The notes under the pieces: generated by a model
Databases searched by the model: none
Told to the model about the DNA's origin: nothing
What the model saw: the letters and a program-made list of their open reading frames with translations, nothing else
Made by a program: the position numbers and the translations under genes
NCBI GenBank assembly: GCA_044222475.1
Contig: JBGANF010000157.1
Coordinates: 1 to 16,959, forward strand
Length of the DNA: 16,959 nucleotides
From: Polyangiaceae bacterium
GTDB lineage: Bacteria; Myxococcota_A; Polyangia; Polyangiales; Polyangiaceae
Direction of reading: 5' to 3'
Shown here: positions 14,510-16,959 of the stretch, piece by piece
Layout of the letters: every line of letters begins with the position of its first letter
Numbering within the stretch: the stretch's first letter is position 1

Positions 14510-16621
14510 CGCCCGGCGGAGCGTAGTTTCTCGCGCGGCGAGCGCAAGGGCGACGTTCCGCTTCACGCTCTTTGCGCTCGCGCTCGTCGTGGGCGTGAGC
14601 GCGAGCCTTTGGGTGCCGGCGATGGGGGCGACCGGAGGCGATTTCCCGGCCCCATTGGATGATGTCTACATCCATTTCGACTTCGCGCGCGCGGCTGCGC
14701 GCGGGCACCCGTTTTCGTGGATCGCGGGTCAAGGGTACTCGTCGGGCGAGACAGCGCCGGCGTATGCGTTCGTCCTCGCGATCGGTTGGGCGCTCGGGTT
14801 TCGCGAGATGCGGCTCGGTTGGTTCGCGGCGGCCTTCGCGATCGTCGCGCTCGTGCTCGCGATGCGATCGCTCGCCCGCGTGATGTCGAACGCGTCGTGG
14901 CTGCTCGTCGTGGCGACGTCGGCGCTCTTGGTCGCATGCGGGCACGTCGCGTTCGGGGTGTTCTCCGGGATGGAGCTCGCGCTGCACGTGCTGCTGCTCG
15001 TGCGGGCGGTCGAGGCGCTCGGGGCGATCGAAGGGGCATCGCCGGTGGGGCGCGCGCGACGCGAGTGGGAGCTCGGGCTGTGGGGCGCGCTGCTCGTGTG
15101 GACGCGGCCCGAGTCGGTGGTGATCCTCGCGCCGCTCGCGGTCGCGGCGGCGCGGGCGCGAACGGTGCGGTGGCCGTGGGGTTCGCTGGGGCGAACGCTC
15201 GCGCCGGGCGCGGCGGCGACGGCGGTGATCGCGATCGCGAACCGGGCGTGTACCGGCGAGTGGCAGAGCGCGGGAGCGCTCCTCAAGCTCTTGTCGTCGA
15301 ACCCGTTCTTGTCCGACGTCGATCGCGCGCGAGAGCTCATCGTGAACCTGTTCCATTTCACGTGGAAGGTGCTCGAGGGGAGCCTCGTCGCGACGCCGGC
15401 CCTCTTGCTCGTGCTGGTCGCGGTTGCGTTCGCAGGGGCGCTCGATCGAACGCTTCGCGATCGGACGGTCGCTCTGCTCGTTGGCGCGGTGCTGTACGCG
15501 CTGTTGGTGTCGTGGAACGGCGCGGCGCGGTACCAGAACTTTCGGTACTACGTGCCGGCGGTGGTGCTGCTTCTGCTCGCGGTAGGGCACGGTGCGTGGG
15601 CGATCGAACGGAGGCGGCGGGGCGTCGGCGCGGCGCTGGTCGCGCTCGCGGCGATGTCGGCGTTCTGGCGCGCGGGACCGCAGCGCTCGTTCTTTCGCCG
15701 GGCGGCGGCGAACATCCATGGGCAGCAGGTGCGAACCGGGAGGGCGCTGGCGGAGCGCATGGGCTCCGATGAGCGGGTGCTGGTCGGCGACGCGGGGGCG
15801 ATACCGTACCTGGCGGATCGCGGGGCGATCGACGCGCTCGGTCTCGGCGGGTTTCGACGGATGCCGTTCGCGCGCGGCGCGACGGTCGGCGAGGCGGCGA
15901 CGGTCGAGCTCCTGCAGCGGCTCGACGCGGGCGACCGACCGCAGTGGCTCGCGCTGTATCCGAACTGGTTCGGTGGCATCACGTCCCATTTTGGGACCGA
16001 GGTCGAACGGTTCACCATCGAAGACAACGTGATCTGCGGTGGGCCGACGAAGATCGTGTACCGGGCGGAGGCGACCGACCGCAGTGGCTCGCGCTGTATC
16101 CGAACTGGTTCGGTGGCATCACGTCCCATTTTGGGACCGAGGTCGAACGGTTCACCATCGAAGACAACGTGATCTGCGGTGGGCCGACGAAGATCGTGTA
16201 CCGGGCGGACTGGCGCGCGCTCGACGGCGACGTGCCGCCGGCGGGGGTCGTGGACGAGATCGACGTCGCGGATCCGATCAGCGAGGGGCAGCATCGGTAC
16301 GTGTCGCCAGCGCCGCGCGGTGGCTTTCCAGCGCTCGCGGTGCGCGGCGGGGTGTTCGACGGAGGGCGCGTGATGCCGCCGGGGACCGAGGAGAGCTTCG
16401 ACGTTCTCGCGTCGAGCCCAGTGACGATCGTCGTGCGGAGCGACGAAGCGATCGACGCGACGGTGACCACCGGCGAGCCGTTGCTCGAGGTCGCGCTGCA
16501 CGCGGACGCGGTCGCGGGGAGATGGACCGAGGCGCGAGCGGTGATCGGTGCGCCGAGAAGGGTCACGCTGCGCGCGAAGACGCTGCCGCTGCGCGACTTC
16601 CACGTGTGGCTCGTGCGCTGA
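14481..16621 (+). pseudogene. Polytopic membrane protein resembling GT-C glycosyltransferases (AftB/ArnT-like), frameshifted by a 140-bp duplication; about 666 aa when the duplication is removed
   Basis: TM1 is followed by APLDDVYIHFDFAR...G, then SGMELAL, TRPES, FRYYVP and GDAGAIPY...IDALGL, with many hydrophobic segments. ORFs 14481-16172 and 15944-16621 join into one 2001-nt frame once one repeat copy is removed. The start codon is uncertain (TTG 14481, GTG 14484, GTG 14589 or ATG 14622). Confidence 0.8.
15930..16209. repeat. Perfect 140-bp direct tandem duplication (15930-16069 = 16070-16209)
   Basis: GGCGACCGACCGCAGTGG...GTGTACCGGGCGGA occurs twice head-to-tail with no mismatch found. 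Flanking bases differ (15929 G vs 16069 A; 16070 G vs 16210 C). Confidence 0.97.
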
Positions 16622-16623
16622 CG

Positions 16624-16718
16624 CCGCTTCCGCTTCCGCTTCCGCTTCCGCTTCCGCTTCCGCTTCCGCTTCCGCTTCCGCTTCCGCTTCCGCTTCCGCT
16701 TCCGCTTCCGCTTCCGCT
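16624..16718. repeat. Hexanucleotide tandem repeat (CTTCCG)15 filling the gap between convergent genes
   Basis: 15 perfect units at 16627-16716 plus partial units on each side, between the TGA at 16619-16621 (+) and the TAG at 16717-16719 (-). Confidence 0.98.
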
Positions 16719-16959
16719 ACGTCGCCTTGATCCGCTTTCGTGGTTCGAAGCCGAAGGCTTTGTACACGTCGTCGTGGATCCTCGTCGGCCTCCCACTCGC
16801 ACCGTCGACGTAGACCCAGGTCGTGACCGCGCGCGCGACCTCGGTCGCGTCGGCCTCCCTCGTCACCGTCGTGCTTCGCTGACACTGCGCCGCCGCGACA
16901 CTGGATATCCGCGTACGCACCGCGAGCCGATCACCGCGTAACGCCGAACGCAGGTAATC
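16717..16959 (-). CDS. Acyl-CoA thioesterase (4HBT/YbgC hot-dog fold), 5'-truncated by the window end
   Basis: The frame is open to the window edge: DYLRSALRGDRLAVRTRISSVAAAQCQRSTTVTREADATEVARAVTTWVYVDGASGRPTRI..., matching the DYxxxAxxGD and TxWVxVDxxxGRPxRI pattern. Confidence 0.85.
   Translation of the reverse strand, partial: DYLRSALRGDRLAVRTRISSVAAAQCQRSTTVTREADATEVARAVTTWVYVDGASGRPTRIHDDVYKAFGFEPRKRIKAT

Noticed and set aside
15930..16209. The duplication as a DGR template/variable repeat pair, CRISPR unit or target-site duplication
   Set aside because: The copies are identical and adjacent, with no adenine-specific mismatches, spacers, inserted element, reverse transcriptase, cas gene or transposase in the window.
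1..16718. The two hexamer arrays as terminal direct repeats of a 16.5-kb mobile element or as telomeres
   Set aside because: The enclosed genes are core-type (ftsY, tRNA-His, Cys/Met enzyme), no recombinase is present, and the second array is internal.
16627..16719. Stop-codon read-through adding (RK)n here or (AE)n at 1-133
   Set aside because: The two arrays are in different frames relative to their TAGs, and no recoding signal or suppressor tRNA is visible.
15548..16885. 445-aa minus-strand ORF with an (AE)n tract, and other ORFs crossing the repeat as poly-(LP), (AS) or (SG)
   Set aside because: These are stop-free readings of the hexamer array and the antisense of the GT-C-like gene. 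The real genes on both sides stop at the array edges.

Overview
GC-rich bacterial chromosomal DNA that looks myxobacterial (Myxococcota, probably Polyangiales). This is inferred from a tandem pair of GltA/GltB/GltH-type outer-membrane beta-barrels, an MXAN_5187-type C-terminal domain and Cys-rich lipoproteins. In order, it carries: a (CTTCCG)n array, a HAMP membrane protein, a secreted HEAT-repeat protein, an Ig-like/carboxypeptidase-regulatory-like membrane protein, ftsY with an N-terminal TM anchor, two OM beta-barrels, a cytoplasmic HEAT-repeat protein, a Cache-HAMP receptor with no enzymatic output, a histone-deacetylase-family enzyme, tRNA-His(GTG), a lipoprotein phospholipase D, a cystathionine gamma-synthase/lyase, a Cys-rich lipoprotein, a TPR protein, a GT-C-like polytopic membrane gene, a second (CTTCCG)n array and the 3' part of an acyl-CoA thioesterase. 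The clearest anomalies are (1) a perfect 140-bp tandem duplication (15930-16209) that frameshifts the GT-C-like gene and (2) two arrays of the same hexamer, each starting right at the TAG of a minus-strand gene. No mobile element, CRISPR array or defence system is evident. Family assignments come from motifs recognised by eye, not from database searches.
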